From Eubacteriales bacterium (GTDB taxonomy: Bacteria; Bacillota; Clostridia; Oscillospirales; CAG-272), in NCBI GenBank assembly GCA_045576315.1, contig JAZNGE010000003.1, positions 3,778-67,777 of the forward strand: DNA of 64,000 nucleotides, in the 5' to 3' direction. The notes beneath the pieces are model-generated. The model ran no database searches. It saw nothing but the letters and a program-made list of their open reading frames with translations, and was not told the DNA's origin. The position numbers and the translations under genes were made by a program. Shown here piece after piece: positions 27,697 through 37,880 of the stretch (position 1 is its first letter; every line of letters begins with the position of its first letter).

Positions 27697-29088
27697 TTAT
27701 TCCTCGGTCTTTGCGGCAGCCTTTCCGCCAACGAAACCGGAGATAAGACTGGTTACGTCGATGCCGGTAGACTCCTTTACACCTGCCATTATCTGATCTG
27801 CGCTGGTCATAACGTCGCGCACAAGCTTGGTGGAGTTTCCGTCGCCGTACATAACGATCTTGTCGGTCTGCGCAAGAGGTGCGGCAGCATTCTTAACGAC
27901 CTCGGGAAGAGCGGTGAGGTACATCTCAAGCACGGATGCTTCACCCATCTTCTTCTGTGCCTCAGCCTTCTTTTCGATCGCCTCAGCCTCGGCAACACCC
28001 TTGGCTCTGATACCCTCTGCCTCCTGCTCCATAGCATAGCGGAGTGCATCTGCTTCGGCCTTCTTTGCCTCGGCTGCCTTGAGTGCCTCGTACTGACGTG
28101 CATCAGCCTCGCGCTGACGCTTGATAAGGTCAGCCTCAGCTTCCTTCTCGGTCTTGTACTTGATAGCATCAGCCTGCTTCTTGACCTGTGCGTCAAGCTC
28201 GCGCTCCTTGATCGCTATCTCCTTTTCCTTAAGCTCTGCTTCCTTCTCGCGACGTGCGATGTCCGCGTTGGTCTTTGCGATCTCGATGGTCTTACGCTGA
28301 TTTTCCTGCTGGATGGAGTATGCGGCGTCTGCCTCTGCGGCCTTGGTGTCCGCCTTTACCTTCATCTCTGCCTGCTGAACTGCAAGCTCCGCGTTCTGCT
28401 CGGCTATCTTCTTTTCTGCCTCAACCTTAACGGCGTTAGCCTCCTGCTGTGCGTTAGAGGTTGCGATAGCAATATCGCGCTGTGCGTTTGCCTTTGCGAT
28501 CTGTGCGTTCTTTCTGATCTGCTCAACGTTGTCGATACCCATATTTTCAATGGTTCCCGCGCCGTCCTTGAAGTTCTGAATGTTGAAGTTTACGACCTCA
28601 ATACCAAGCTTCTCCATATCGGGCACAACGTTTTCGGTGATCTTCTTTGCAACGCCCTGACGGTCCTGTACCATCTCTTTAAGACCTACCGAGCCGACGA
28701 TCTCACGCATATTACCCTCAAGCACCTGGGTTACAAGGGTAACCATCTCAAGTCTTGTCTTACCAAGCAGCGCCTCTGCCGCGCGCTCAAGAAGCACGGG
28801 ATCGGACGATATCTTGATGTTTGCAACACCGTCAACGGTAACGTTAATAAATTCATTGGTAGGAACTGCCTCGCTGGTCTTTACGTCAACCTGCATAACT
28901 CCCAAAGAGAGCTTGTCAAGTCGGGTAAAGAATGGCATTCTCCAGCCCGCCTTACCTATACGGATCTTTCTTTTTCCAAGACCCGAAATGATGTAAGCGG
29001 TGTCCGGGGGTGCTTTGAAGTAACCTATCACGAAGAACAGTACTACAAGCGCCGCTAAAATTACCAATGCAACGATCAAACCTGTCAT
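27697..29088 (-). CDS. flotillin/SPFH domain protein
   Basis: N-terminal TM; SPFH motif LEGNMREIVG; AEA-rich coiled coil. Confidence 0.92.
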   Translation of the reverse strand: MTGLIVALVILAALVVLFFVIGYFKAPPDTAYIISGLGKRKIRIGKAGWRMPFFTRLDKLSLGVMQVDVKTSEAVPTNEFINVTVDGVANIKISSDPVLLERAAEALLGKTRLEMVTLVTQVLEGNMREIVGSVGLKEMVQDRQGVAKKITENVVPDMEKLGIEVVNFNIQNFKDGAGTIENMGIDNVEQIRKNAQIAKANAQRDIAIATSNAQQEANAVKVEAEKKIAEQNAELAVQQAEMKVKADTKAAEADAAYSIQQENQRKTIEIAKTNADIARREKEAELKEKEIAIKERELDAQVKKQADAIKYKTEKEAEADLIKRQREADARQYEALKAAEAKKAEADALRYAMEQEAEGIRAKGVAEAEAIEKKAEAQKKMGEASVLEMYLTALPEVVKNAAAPLAQTDKIVMYGDGNSTKLVRDVMTSADQIMAGVKESTGIDVTSLISGFVGGKAAAKTEE

Positions 29089-29172
29089 TTATAAAATCCT
29101 CCTTAGATTATTATATGTTTGTTTTTGTAAAAGGCCATAAATTCAAAAAAGACCTTCAGCGTACCGATACAC

Positions 29173-29279
29173 TAAAAGTCTTGTTCTCATCATATAGACC
29201 GGTACGCGCCGAGCCCTCGAGAAGCTGTCCTGACGATGCGTACGCATTGTGACAAAGCACAATGAACTACTCCCTTTTA
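29173..29279 (-). ncRNA. yybP-ykoY (Mn2+) riboswitch
   Basis: minus strand AAAAGGGAGTAG...CGTCAGGAC...ACCGGTC...CAAGACTTTTA; overlapping terminator 29145-29181; TTGACA-17-TAGAAT promoter at 29287-29315. Confidence 0.8.
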
Positions 29280-29446
29280 CATTTCGATTCTATCATAAAA
29301 AAATACCGTTGTCAAGTAGATATATCGCGATTTGTATACCTGCACAAATAGCAAAAATGAAATTGTGCAGGGTGAATAAATTTTATCATTTGCTTGAAAA
29401 GTCGGGCTGTTATATGCTATAATTATCCCAAAGGATAGGTGATTTT

Positions 29447-30385
29447 ATGAGAAGATTAAGAAAAATACTTATAATATCAGCCATTGTAATTCTCTCGTTC
29501 GTGCTGGTGATACACCCCATCGCCTCAGTCATAGTGTACGAGTCGATTTTCTCGACAAGGTTTGAGCTCTCACCAAATTTTGCCTGCAAGATCGAGGATT
29601 TTGACAGCCTTTCGGTTGAGCGCACTCAGATAGATGGGGAAGGGGAGAGGCTCACGGGCTTCAAATACTCTAATCCCGCCGTCACATCGCCCGAGGGACT
29701 CGTAGTTTTCGCGCACGGACTTGGCAGCGGCGGACACAATCCGTATATGCCGCTTATAGATGCCTTGACCGATGAGGGTTACCTCGTGTTTACCTACGAT
29801 GCCACCGGCAACGGTGAAAGCGGCGGCAAGGACGTTGGCGGCCTACCCCAAGGTCCGATCGACCTCGGTCGCGCAATTACTGCAGCTCTCTCGGACCCCG
29901 ACTACGACGGGCTCTCACTTTACCTCGTCGGGCACAGCTGGGGCGCGTATTCCGTAGGCGCGGTGCTTGGTACTTACCCCGAGGTCGAGGGCGCGGTTAT
30001 GCTCTCGGGTTTCAACTCCTCCGCTGATATGATAAGGGAGAGTGCCGCTAGGTTCGTAGGCTCGTTTGTCGCAACTGTCGGCTCTCCTGCCGCTACTTGC
30101 TACGAGCGTATGAAATTCGGTGACGCGTCCACCCTTACGGTGCTTGACGGCATCGCATCGAGCGATGCTCGCGTTATGATAGTTCACTCCGAGAGTGATA
30201 CCACCGTGCCGCTCTCGGCAGGGTACAATATGTACTACGAAGCATACAACACCGACCCCCGTGTAACGTTTTTGCTTTATAATAACCGCGCACACAACAG
30301 TATTTGCTACAACGAAAATATGGAGCCGGACTTCGAGCTTATCTCAAAAATGACCGATATGTTTAAAGGGGCATCGGGCGATTAA
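29447..30385 (+). CDS. alpha/beta hydrolase
   Basis: HGLG, GHSWG nucleophile elbow, D..V..H. Confidence 0.9.
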   Translation: MRRLRKILIISAIVILSFVLVIHPIASVIVYESIFSTRFELSPNFACKIEDFDSLSVERTQIDGEGERLTGFKYSNPAVTSPEGLVVFAHGLGSGGHNPYMPLIDALTDEGYLVFTYDATGNGESGGKDVGGLPQGPIDLGRAITAALSDPDYDGLSLYLVGHSWGAYSVGAVLGTYPEVEGAVMLSGFNSSADMIRESAARFVGSFVATVGSPAATCYERMKFGDASTLTVLDGIASSDARVMIVHSESDTTVPLSAGYNMYYEAYNTDPRVTFLLYNNRAHNSICYNENMEPDFELISKMTDMFKGASGD

Positions 30386-30403
30386 GCCCGATACCCCCTC
30401 TTT

Positions 30404-31279
30404 TTATATTGCGGGATCGTCCTTCTTCCATCTGAAATTACCCTTGACACCCATCAGCTCGCCGTAGTAGGCAAAGGTGCCGGGGTGATTTTTGATGATA
30501 TCGATGAATTCCGGGATCTGTCGGATATTGATTACCGATATTATCATAGTGCTCTCGTCGTCGCTGTACATTCCACGCGCGCTGACGATGGTTGCACTAT
30601 GCTTGAGCTTGTATATGATCTCGTTTCTTATTGCGTCCGGCTCTTTTGTAACGATCTTTACCTCTATCGCGTTTCGGCTGTCCTTAAGCATACCGCCGGC
30701 AAACTTATCAAATATAAACATCTGCACGAATGAGAGCAGAATACTTGTCACGTTGTGGTATACAAAGTAGGACAAAAGCGTTATAACGTAGCAAATAAGG
30801 GTTATAGTGCGCTCAATATTCAGATACGGGCGCTTCTTCTGGATCATCGCGGCGATGATGTCGATGCCGCCGGCGGATGCGCCTATTTTTATCATCAGTC
30901 CGGTACGCACGCCGAGGATAACACCGGAGAATATAGCGGGTATTATCAGCTCTCCCGTGCCCTGAAATGCGTAAAAGCCGACCGTTTCAAGTATCACGAG
31001 CATTATCGATGACAATACCGTGTATAAAAGTGTGTAAATAACGAAGCGTTTTTTGATTATAAACCAAGCCACAACAAGCAGGGGGATATTGAACATAAGC
31101 GAATAGTATCCGGCGTTCAATCCGGTCACCTCCTGCAGCATCGTTGCAATACCGTCTATACCAAGCGGTGCAAACCCGGCAGGGTAAACGAAGATATGTA
31201 ATCCGAAAGCCGATAAGGCAGCGCCTACAATAGTCCACAGGACCATACTCGCTTCATTTAAAAAGGCTTTTTTATTCAT
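30404..31279 (-). CDS. YitT family membrane protein
   Basis: GIDGIA, NIPLL, SAGGIDI motifs. Confidence 0.85.
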   Translation of the reverse strand: MNKKAFLNEASMVLWTIVGAALSAFGLHIFVYPAGFAPLGIDGIATMLQEVTGLNAGYYSLMFNIPLLVVAWFIIKKRFVIYTLLYTVLSSIMLVILETVGFYAFQGTGELIIPAIFSGVILGVRTGLMIKIGASAGGIDIIAAMIQKKRPYLNIERTITLICYVITLLSYFVYHNVTSILLSFVQMFIFDKFAGGMLKDSRNAIEVKIVTKEPDAIRNEIIYKLKHSATIVSARGMYSDDESTMIISVINIRQIPEFIDIIKNHPGTFAYYGELMGVKGNFRWKKDDPAI

Positions 31280-31509
31280 AAATCTGTCTCCGATACAAGA
31301 ATTTTTATCACTAAAAGTATAATACTTTACGCACATAAGGTCAATGTAAATTTGAACAAAATTTTGTATTTTGGAGTTAAAATAGAGCATCGCTTGAAGC
31401 ATCAAATTGAATTGCGGTTTTGTGAAAATATGTCAACAAGCTAAGCAAAGACTAAATAAAAAAGCTCCCTTGTGTAAAGGGAGCTCTAATGAAAGCGGTG
31501 AGGGATCGT

Positions 31510-31980
31510 TTACTTAATGTAAACTCTCTTCATTCTGATAGCGATCTTGGGTCTGTTGCTGTAATCGGTGGGGATAGACGCGATCTCATCTACCGCCTCC
31601 ATGCCGGAAACGACCTTGCCGAATGCCGCGTACTGACCGTCAAGGTGAGGCGCGTTTGCGTGCATGATAAAGAACTGGCTGGATGCAGAGTTAGGGTCGT
31701 ATGCACGCGCCATGGAGATAACTCCGCGCTCGTGCTTGATTGGGTTCTGAAAGCCGTTTGCTCTGAACTCGCCGACGATCTTCTTCTCCGCGCCGCCCAT
31801 ACCGTTGCCGAGGGGGTCGCCGCCCTGGATCATAAAGCCGGGAATAACTCTGTGAAAGGTAAGTCCGTCATAGAAGCCCGCCTTTACAAGACTCTCAAAG
31901 TTAGCGACAGTCTTGGGCGCTGCCTCGGGATAAAGCTCGATCTCGATCTCTTTGCCGTTATCCATCTCGATAATAACCAT
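31510..31980 (-). CDS. ppiB: cyclophilin-type peptidyl-prolyl isomerase
   Basis: FHRVIPGFMIQGGDP, SQFFI, HLDGQY. Confidence 0.9.
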   Translation of the reverse strand: MVIIEMDNGKEIEIELYPEAAPKTVANFESLVKAGFYDGLTFHRVIPGFMIQGGDPLGNGMGGAEKKIVGEFRANGFQNPIKHERGVISMARAYDPNSASSQFFIMHANAPHLDGQYAAFGKVVSGMEAVDEIASIPTDYSNRPKIAIRMKRVYIK

Positions 31981-32056
31981 TTTGATTTTCTCCTTGGTAT
32001 ATATAATTTTATTTTTGTCTATAATCTATTGATAATATTCGAATATCAGAGGTTAT

Positions 32057-33109
32057 ATGAACAAGGAAAAGCTTTCTGCCTACGCCCACCTTACGATCAC
32101 GGTAATAGGTGTGGCGATCGCCGCATTCGTCTTTCTGCGGTATCTCTTTGTGCCGCTTTTGCCATTCCTTATTGCTTGGGGTGTAGCATTTTTAGTCCGA
32201 CCGCTTGCCATCTTTCTGTCCAAAAAGCTCAAACTTTCAAAAAGGCTTTTAAGCGCCATGCTCGCGGCGGTAACTATACTCGTCGGACTCTCTGCCGTGG
32301 TCGGCCTTGGTATATGGGGCATCAGCGCCGTCTGGCGCTTTCTTTCCGACTTCGCGGCAGACGATCGCCTTTTTGAGCTTCTTGACCGTATTGCCGATCC
32401 CATCGGCTCGATCTTCGGTGATGGGGAAGGGGCTGCCAAGCTTGAGGAATACCTCGGTGACACGCTTGAAGGCGCGATAAATTCGCTTCTTTCCGCCCTC
32501 GTTAACATCCTTACCGCCGTGGTAACTCGTGTGCCGGGCGTTATGCTCTTTATACTCGTCACCCTTATCGCCGCAATATACTTTGCCATCGACCTCGAGC
32601 GCATCAATTCCGCCGTGCGCCGCATCCTGCCAAACAGGGTCGCAAACTCCCTAGTCAGACTTAAAAACTCGTTTTTACACGTTGGTGTGCGGTATATCCG
32701 CTCCTATTTAATACTGATGTCCATAACCTTTGCAATAATGCTTGTCGGTATGCTGATAATGAGGGTGAAAAACGCGATCATAGTCGCGTTTATAATATCC
32801 TTGCTTGATCTTTTGCCGCTTATCGGTGTCGGCACGGTGCTTGTGCCGTGGAGCGTATTTCAATTCGCCATCGGCTCACCGGCTCGCGCTGTCGGGCTCA
32901 TCGTTTTGCTGATAGTCCACGAGATCGTAAGACAGTTTGCCGAGCCGAAAATAATAGGCAAAAGCCTGGGCATAAACCCGATAGTCAGCCTTATACTCCT
33001 GTACGTCGGCTACTCGCTTTTTGGCTTCTTAGGGCTCTTCATTACCCCCATAGTCGGTATGCTTATAGGGCTACTGATCAATAAAGATGATACGTCCGAG
33101 ATCGACTAA
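32057..33109 (+). CDS. ytvI: YtvI / AI-2E family membrane protein
   Basis: LDLLPLIGVG..PW, RQFAEPKIIG. Confidence 0.8.
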   Translation: MNKEKLSAYAHLTITVIGVAIAAFVFLRYLFVPLLPFLIAWGVAFLVRPLAIFLSKKLKLSKRLLSAMLAAVTILVGLSAVVGLGIWGISAVWRFLSDFAADDRLFELLDRIADPIGSIFGDGEGAAKLEEYLGDTLEGAINSLLSALVNILTAVVTRVPGVMLFILVTLIAAIYFAIDLERINSAVRRILPNRVANSLVRLKNSFLHVGVRYIRSYLILMSITFAIMLVGMLIMRVKNAIIVAFIISLLDLLPLIGVGTVLVPWSVFQFAIGSPARAVGLIVLLIVHEIVRQFAEPKIIGKSLGINPIVSLILLYVGYSLFGFLGLFITPIVGMLIGLLINKDDTSEID

Positions 33110-33790
33110 AGGCTCTGAAGAAAGCGACACGGGTACCACCTTAGCTGCTTTGCAGGCCTCTTTTATGACCTCTTTTGAGCGGTGAGTGTCAATATCTCCG
33201 AGAAAATACGCAACACCGTCATACACCCCTGCCGCACCGCCTATAAAGCCGTATTCGTGCGGTGAGAGCGATATATCGCCGTTTTCTATCATAAATACGC
33301 GCTCTCCCGCATCGCGAAGCGCGCGTGCCATGCCGTTGTCTGCCGTTACCGATACGCCACCGCCGAGGGAAAGCACCGTACAGGCAGGGTATCCCTGCTT
33401 TACGTCAACCACCTTTAAGCCGTATCTATCTGCCAATGCCGTGACCGCCTTTGATACGCTTGCTCCGCGGCAGTACATTTTGTCGCCGGATACCAGCGCG
33501 TTGAAGATAGCATCCCGAGGATACTCCATCTCGAAGCACTCGTCCGTGAAGCTTATGCGCATATCGGGGCACAGCTCGCGTATGTCGCTGAAGACGTACG
33601 CCGCCTCGTCACAGTAGTCTGCGCTCGTTATTATTTCACACCCATACTTAAACATAAGCATATCGGGGTGTGACCTTACCGCCTCGCTAAGCCTTTTTGA
33701 CGGGGGTGTCTTTATTACTCTGAATCCGCGCAGCATCAGCGCGCGCTCACACATCTCGCTAATGCGGCAATCAACTATCGCAACAGCCAT
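33071..33790 (-). CDS. conserved Clostridia protein (DUF6873-like)
   Basis: HPDM, YP.D..FN, VKQGY..C, GFIGG motifs. Confidence 0.7.
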   Translation of the reverse strand: MAVAIVDCRISEMCERALMLRGFRVIKTPPSKRLSEAVRSHPDMLMFKYGCEIITSADYCDEAAYVFSDIRELCPDMRISFTDECFEMEYPRDAIFNALVSGDKMYCRGASVSKAVTALADRYGLKVVDVKQGYPACTVLSLGGGVSVTADNGMARALRDAGERVFMIENGDISLSPHEYGFIGGAAGVYDGVAYFLGDIDTHRSKEVIKEACKAAKVVPVSLSSEPLVDLGRIIFIDQ

Positions 33791-33843
33791 ATTTATCTCC
33801 CTATGAAAAAAACTCCGCTGTGTAAGCGGAGCTTTTTGGTGCA

Positions 33844-34029
33844 TTATGCACGCTCGATCTTTCCTGAACGAAGGCAACGAGAGCAAACGTATACAGACTG
33901 ATTGCTACCGTCAACTACGGCCTTTACCTTGCGGATGTTAGGCTTCCAGGTTCTGTTGGTCTTACGGTTAGAGTGAGAGACGTTGTGTCCGAAAGCGACG
34001 CCCTTACCGCAAATGCTGCATTTAGCCAT
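33844..34029 (-). CDS. rpmB: 50S ribosomal protein L28
   Basis: MAKCSICGK..GHNVSHSNRKTNRTWKPN. Confidence 0.97.
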   Translation of the reverse strand: MAKCSICGKGVAFGHNVSHSNRKTNRTWKPNIRKVKAVVDGSNQSVYVCSRCLRSGKIERA

Positions 34030-34159
34030 TTTGACACCTCCTAAAATCTCGTCTTTCGACGGAATTTTATATTAAAATAATTTCTTAACATAAATCAGCG
34101 AATGATATTATAACACAAACTTTCATAAAAAGCAAGTGTTTTTTTAAATTTTTAAAACT

Positions 34160-34948
34160 TTATTTTCCAAGCTCGCGAGTTTTCTTGTACGATGCCTTGA
34201 CCGCACTTGAAACACAGGCTCTGAAAGCACCGTCCTCAAGCGCCAATACCCCCGCAATAGTGCTTCCGCCGGGCGAGCAGACCTCGTCCTTTAGTTCCGC
34301 AGGGTGTCTGCCGGTCTCCTGTACCATTCTCGCCGCGCCGATCAGCACCGCCGCCGCGTATTCGAGCGCAGCCTCACGCGTAAGACCGCACGCCACGCCG
34401 CCGTCAGCCATCGCATCGATAAACATATATGCAAACGCAGGTCCGCAGCCGGATATAGCCGATCCGGCATCCATCTTCGACTCCTCGATCTCCGAGATCA
34501 CGCCAGCCGCGCTCATAGCCTCGACAAAGGCGTCCGTGCGCTCACGCGCCGCCCCGTTCGCGCACCATAAAACAGTGCCCGATCCGATCGCTACCGCAAG
34601 GTTGGGCATTATTCTGATTATCGGCACGCCCGCCTCGCCGAGCATTTCCTCAATGCTCTTAATTTTGACACCTGCCGCCATAGACACAAGGGTAGTGTGT
34701 ATGCCGATGTCGTTTTTGATCTCCGCGATAACGTAGGGAATAACGTTCGGCTTTACACCGAGAAAAACGTAGTCGCACTCGTGCGCTATCGTCTTCGCAT
34801 CGGCAAACGTAGCACCTGTGTGCGATGCAACGCTCTTTGCCTTCTTTTCGTCCTTGTCGTATACGAGAATGTCGTTGTCCTCGCCGCTCATCGCCGCCTG
34901 GAGCAGCGCAAAACCCATATTTCCCGCGCCTATAAATCCAATTTTCAT
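34160..34948 (-). CDS. proC: pyrroline-5-carboxylate reductase
   Basis: GFIGAGNMG, RIMPN, SGCGPA, VCSPGGST. Confidence 0.95.
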   Translation of the reverse strand: MKIGFIGAGNMGFALLQAAMSGEDNDILVYDKDEKKAKSVASHTGATFADAKTIAHECDYVFLGVKPNVIPYVIAEIKNDIGIHTTLVSMAAGVKIKSIEEMLGEAGVPIIRIMPNLAVAIGSGTVLWCANGAARERTDAFVEAMSAAGVISEIEESKMDAGSAISGCGPAFAYMFIDAMADGGVACGLTREAALEYAAAVLIGAARMVQETGRHPAELKDEVCSPGGSTIAGVLALEDGAFRACVSSAVKASYKKTRELGK

Positions 34949-34949
34949 A

Positions 34950-36200
34950 TCAGCGTACCTGTCCCTTTCCGTGTATTACGTATTTGTAGGTAGTAAGCTC
35001 CTCTATTCCGAGCGGGCCGCGCGCGTGCAGCTTCTGTGTAGATATTCCCATCTCGCACCCAAGCCCAAATTCGCCCCCGTCGGTAAATCTCGTTGATGCG
35101 TTCACGTATACCGCCGCGCTGTCAACGTTCTTTATAAACAAGTCGGCAGCCCTCTCGTCCTCGGTGATGATCGCCTCGCTGTGTCCTGTCGAGTGACTTG
35201 CGATGTGGAGTATCGCCTCACTTACGTCCTCAACTATGCCGATCGCCATCTTGTAGTCGAGAAACTCGGTGTCAAACGAGTCGTCCCCTGCCGCCGTGCC
35301 GTCTATTATCCTTGCCGCAGACGGATCAAGTATCAATTCAACCGGTTTTTCCTTGCGACCGTCAACCAGCCTCTCTTTTAATAAAGGTAAGAACTCGTTC
35401 GCAATATCCTGATGCACCAAGCACACCTCTGCCGCGTTGCATACCGAGGGGCGAGAGGTCTTGGCGTTCTCGATAATATCAAGCGCCATTTCGATATTCG
35501 CCGCCACATCAACGTAAATGTGGCATATTCCCGTGCCGGTCTCAAGGCAGGGAACTATCGCATTCTCAACGCAAGCGCGGATAAGACCCGCACCGCCGCG
35601 AGGGATAAGAAGGTCAACGTAGCCACGCGCTTTCATAAGCTCGGTTGCGCTTTCGCGTGTCGTGTCCTCAACAAGCTGCACCGCCGTCTTCGGCAGTCCC
35701 ACAACCTCAAGCCCCTCTTCAATAGCATCAACTATCGCACGTGAGGAATTGTAAGCCTCCTTGCCGCCGCGCAGTATACATACGCTGCCGCTTTTAAGCG
35801 CGAGCGCCGCCGCATCAGAGGTTACGTTCGGGCGACTCTCGTAGATTATCGCGATAACGCCCATCGGCACGGACACGCGGTCTATCACAAGTCCGTTCGG
35901 GCGCTCAACGCGCTTTAACACCTTTCCAAGCGGAGAGGGAAGTGCCGCTATCTCGCGTATTCCGTCAGCCATACCGCATATTCTCTCTTTGGTAAGGCGC
36001 AGTCTGTCCATCATCACCGGCGCGATCTTACCCTCGGCAAGAGCGAGGTCGACCCCGTTTGCCCGTAAGATCTTGTCCGTATTTCTTATAAGCGCATCAG
36101 CCATCGCGCCGAGCGCCGTGTTTATCTTATCGTCCGTTGCCGCGCTCATCAATATCTTTGCAAGCTTCGCCTCGGACAGTATTTCTTTGGTAGTGCGCAT
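34950..36200 (-). CDS. proA: glutamate-5-semialdehyde dehydrogenase
   Basis: [38 protein letters not shown]. Confidence 0.97.
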   Translation of the reverse strand: MRTTKEILSEAKLAKILMSAATDDKINTALGAMADALIRNTDKILRANGVDLALAEGKIAPVMMDRLRLTKERICGMADGIREIAALPSPLGKVLKRVERPNGLVIDRVSVPMGVIAIIYESRPNVTSDAAALALKSGSVCILRGGKEAYNSSRAIVDAIEEGLEVVGLPKTAVQLVEDTTRESATELMKARGYVDLLIPRGGAGLIRACVENAIVPCLETGTGICHIYVDVAANIEMALDIIENAKTSRPSVCNAAEVCLVHQDIANEFLPLLKERLVDGRKEKPVELILDPSAARIIDGTAAGDDSFDTEFLDYKMAIGIVEDVSEAILHIASHSTGHSEAIITEDERAADLFIKNVDSAAVYVNASTRFTDGGEFGLGCEMGISTQKLHARGPLGIEELTTYKYVIHGKGQVR

Positions 36201-36205
36201 CGGCT

Positions 36206-36973
36206 TTACCTCTTTGCGTAGAATTTCGTGCCGGCAAGATTGCCGTCCATAACGTTGTATAAAAGCTCGGGATATGCACCGTTTGTAATTATCATATCGC
36301 ATCCGGAATTTGTCGCGATCTCGGCTGCGCGTATCTTCGTCACCATTCCGCCCGTACCGAGTGCGCTTCCCGCACCGCCGCCAAGGGCGCGTATCTCGTC
36401 TGTGATCTCATACACCTCGGGTATCAGTCTTGCCTCGGGGTCCTTGTGCGGATCAGCGGTATAAAGTCCGTCAATGTCCGAAAGCAATACCAAAAGATCT
36501 GCCCCGATGCTGCTCGCCACGAGCGCCGCCAACGTGTCGTTGTCGCCAAACTCGATCTCCTCGGTTGCCACCGTGTCGTTCTCGTTTATGATCGGAATGA
36601 CACCCATCTCGATAAGACGGTTCATAGTAGCCGTGAACTTCGCGTGCCTGTCCTCGCACTTAAGGTCGGGCGCAGTCAACAGTATCTGCGCTACGGTGTG
36701 ATTATACGAGGTAAATTCCTTGTCGTAAATATACATAAGCTCGCATTGACCGACTGCCGCCGCAGCCTGCTTGCCGGCAATGTCGCGCGGCCGCTCCTTA
36801 AGCTTCAGCTTGCCCGTGCCCATGCCGATAGCGCCCGATGAAACGAGTATAACCTCGCATCCGGCATTCGCCATATCGCTTATGATCTTGCACATCGACT
36901 CAATTCTGCGCAGATTAACGCTGCCATTCGTGTGCGTAAGAGTCGACGTACCTATCTTTATTACAACTCTCAT
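36206..36973 (-). CDS. proB: glutamate 5-kinase (no PUA domain)
   Basis: [27 protein letters not shown]. Confidence 0.95.
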   Translation of the reverse strand: MRVVIKIGTSTLTHTNGSVNLRRIESMCKIISDMANAGCEVILVSSGAIGMGTGKLKLKERPRDIAGKQAAAAVGQCELMYIYDKEFTSYNHTVAQILLTAPDLKCEDRHAKFTATMNRLIEMGVIPIINENDTVATEEIEFGDNDTLAALVASSIGADLLVLLSDIDGLYTADPHKDPEARLIPEVYEITDEIRALGGGAGSALGTGGMVTKIRAAEIATNSGCDMIITNGAYPELLYNVMDGNLAGTKFYAKR

Positions 36974-37219
36974 ACATTCACCCCCTCGGAAATGGATCTA
37001 TTATAGCTTATTTTATCACAATTTAAGCAAGATTACAATAGTTTATTTTAAATAGAAAAGGGAAAACAAAAAACCGACCGCAAGAGTCGGTTTTTTGTTA
37101 TGTTAGTAATCTAAAATTTTGATACTATTTTAAAATGGGTGCAAAATTTATCGTTATGGGTGCATTTTCTTATAAGAGTTTGCACCCATCTTTAGTTCGA
37201 CAAATTGTAACTTGATTGC

Positions 37220-37870
37220 TTATTTCAATTTTCCAAGCTTCGCAGTATTTGCAATAACGATCAGCGTAGTTCCTGCATCAAGCACCTGCTCGGGATTGAT
37301 ATTCACGTTGACCTTCTCGCCCTTCTTAATAGCGACGATATTGAAGCCGTATTTTTTACGGAGATTCAATTCGATTAAGTTCTTTCCGCACCATTCATCC
37401 TTCACATCTATCTCTACCATAGATACGTCCTTTGACAGAGAAATCATATCAATAAAGCCGGAACTAAGCAGGTTCTTGGCAAGGCGGATGCCCGATTCAT
37501 TCTCGGGAAATACCACCTGATCCGCGCCTACACGAAGCAATATCTTTTGTTGCATCTCGTTGGCGCATTTTGCGATAACGGTTTTAACGCCTGCCTCCTT
37601 GCAAAGCGTGACAGCCATGACGCTCGCTTCAAGATTACTTGCCATACATACAATGACTGTATCAATGCTTCCAATTCCAAGGCGTGAGATGACCTCCGCA
37701 TCGGTCACGTCGGCGCACTTGCAGACGGGCAGATATACCGCCGCATCGTTTACGATTCTTTCCTCGGTATCGACGGCAATGACCTCCATACCGTTCTCTA
37801 CAAGCTCACGTGCCACAGCTGTGCCGTATCTTCCAAGTCCAAAGACTGCGTATGTTTTCTTCGTTTTCAT
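37220..37870 (-). CDS. ktrA: TrkA/KtrA potassium uptake regulatory subunit
   Basis: GLGRYG Rossmann motif; VVFPE; TrkA-C domain. Confidence 0.9.
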   Translation of the reverse strand: MKTKKTYAVFGLGRYGTAVARELVENGMEVIAVDTEERIVNDAAVYLPVCKCADVTDAEVISRLGIGSIDTVIVCMASNLEASVMAVTLCKEAGVKTVIAKCANEMQQKILLRVGADQVVFPENESGIRLAKNLLSSGFIDMISLSKDVSMVEIDVKDEWCGKNLIELNLRKKYGFNIVAIKKGEKVNVNINPEQVLDAGTTLIVIANTAKLGKLK

Positions 37871-37880
37871 AACTATCTCC

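Noticed and set aside
27691-29058. 455-aa + strand ORF
   Set aside because: Antisense shadow of the codon-biased flotillin gene; no RBS or motifs
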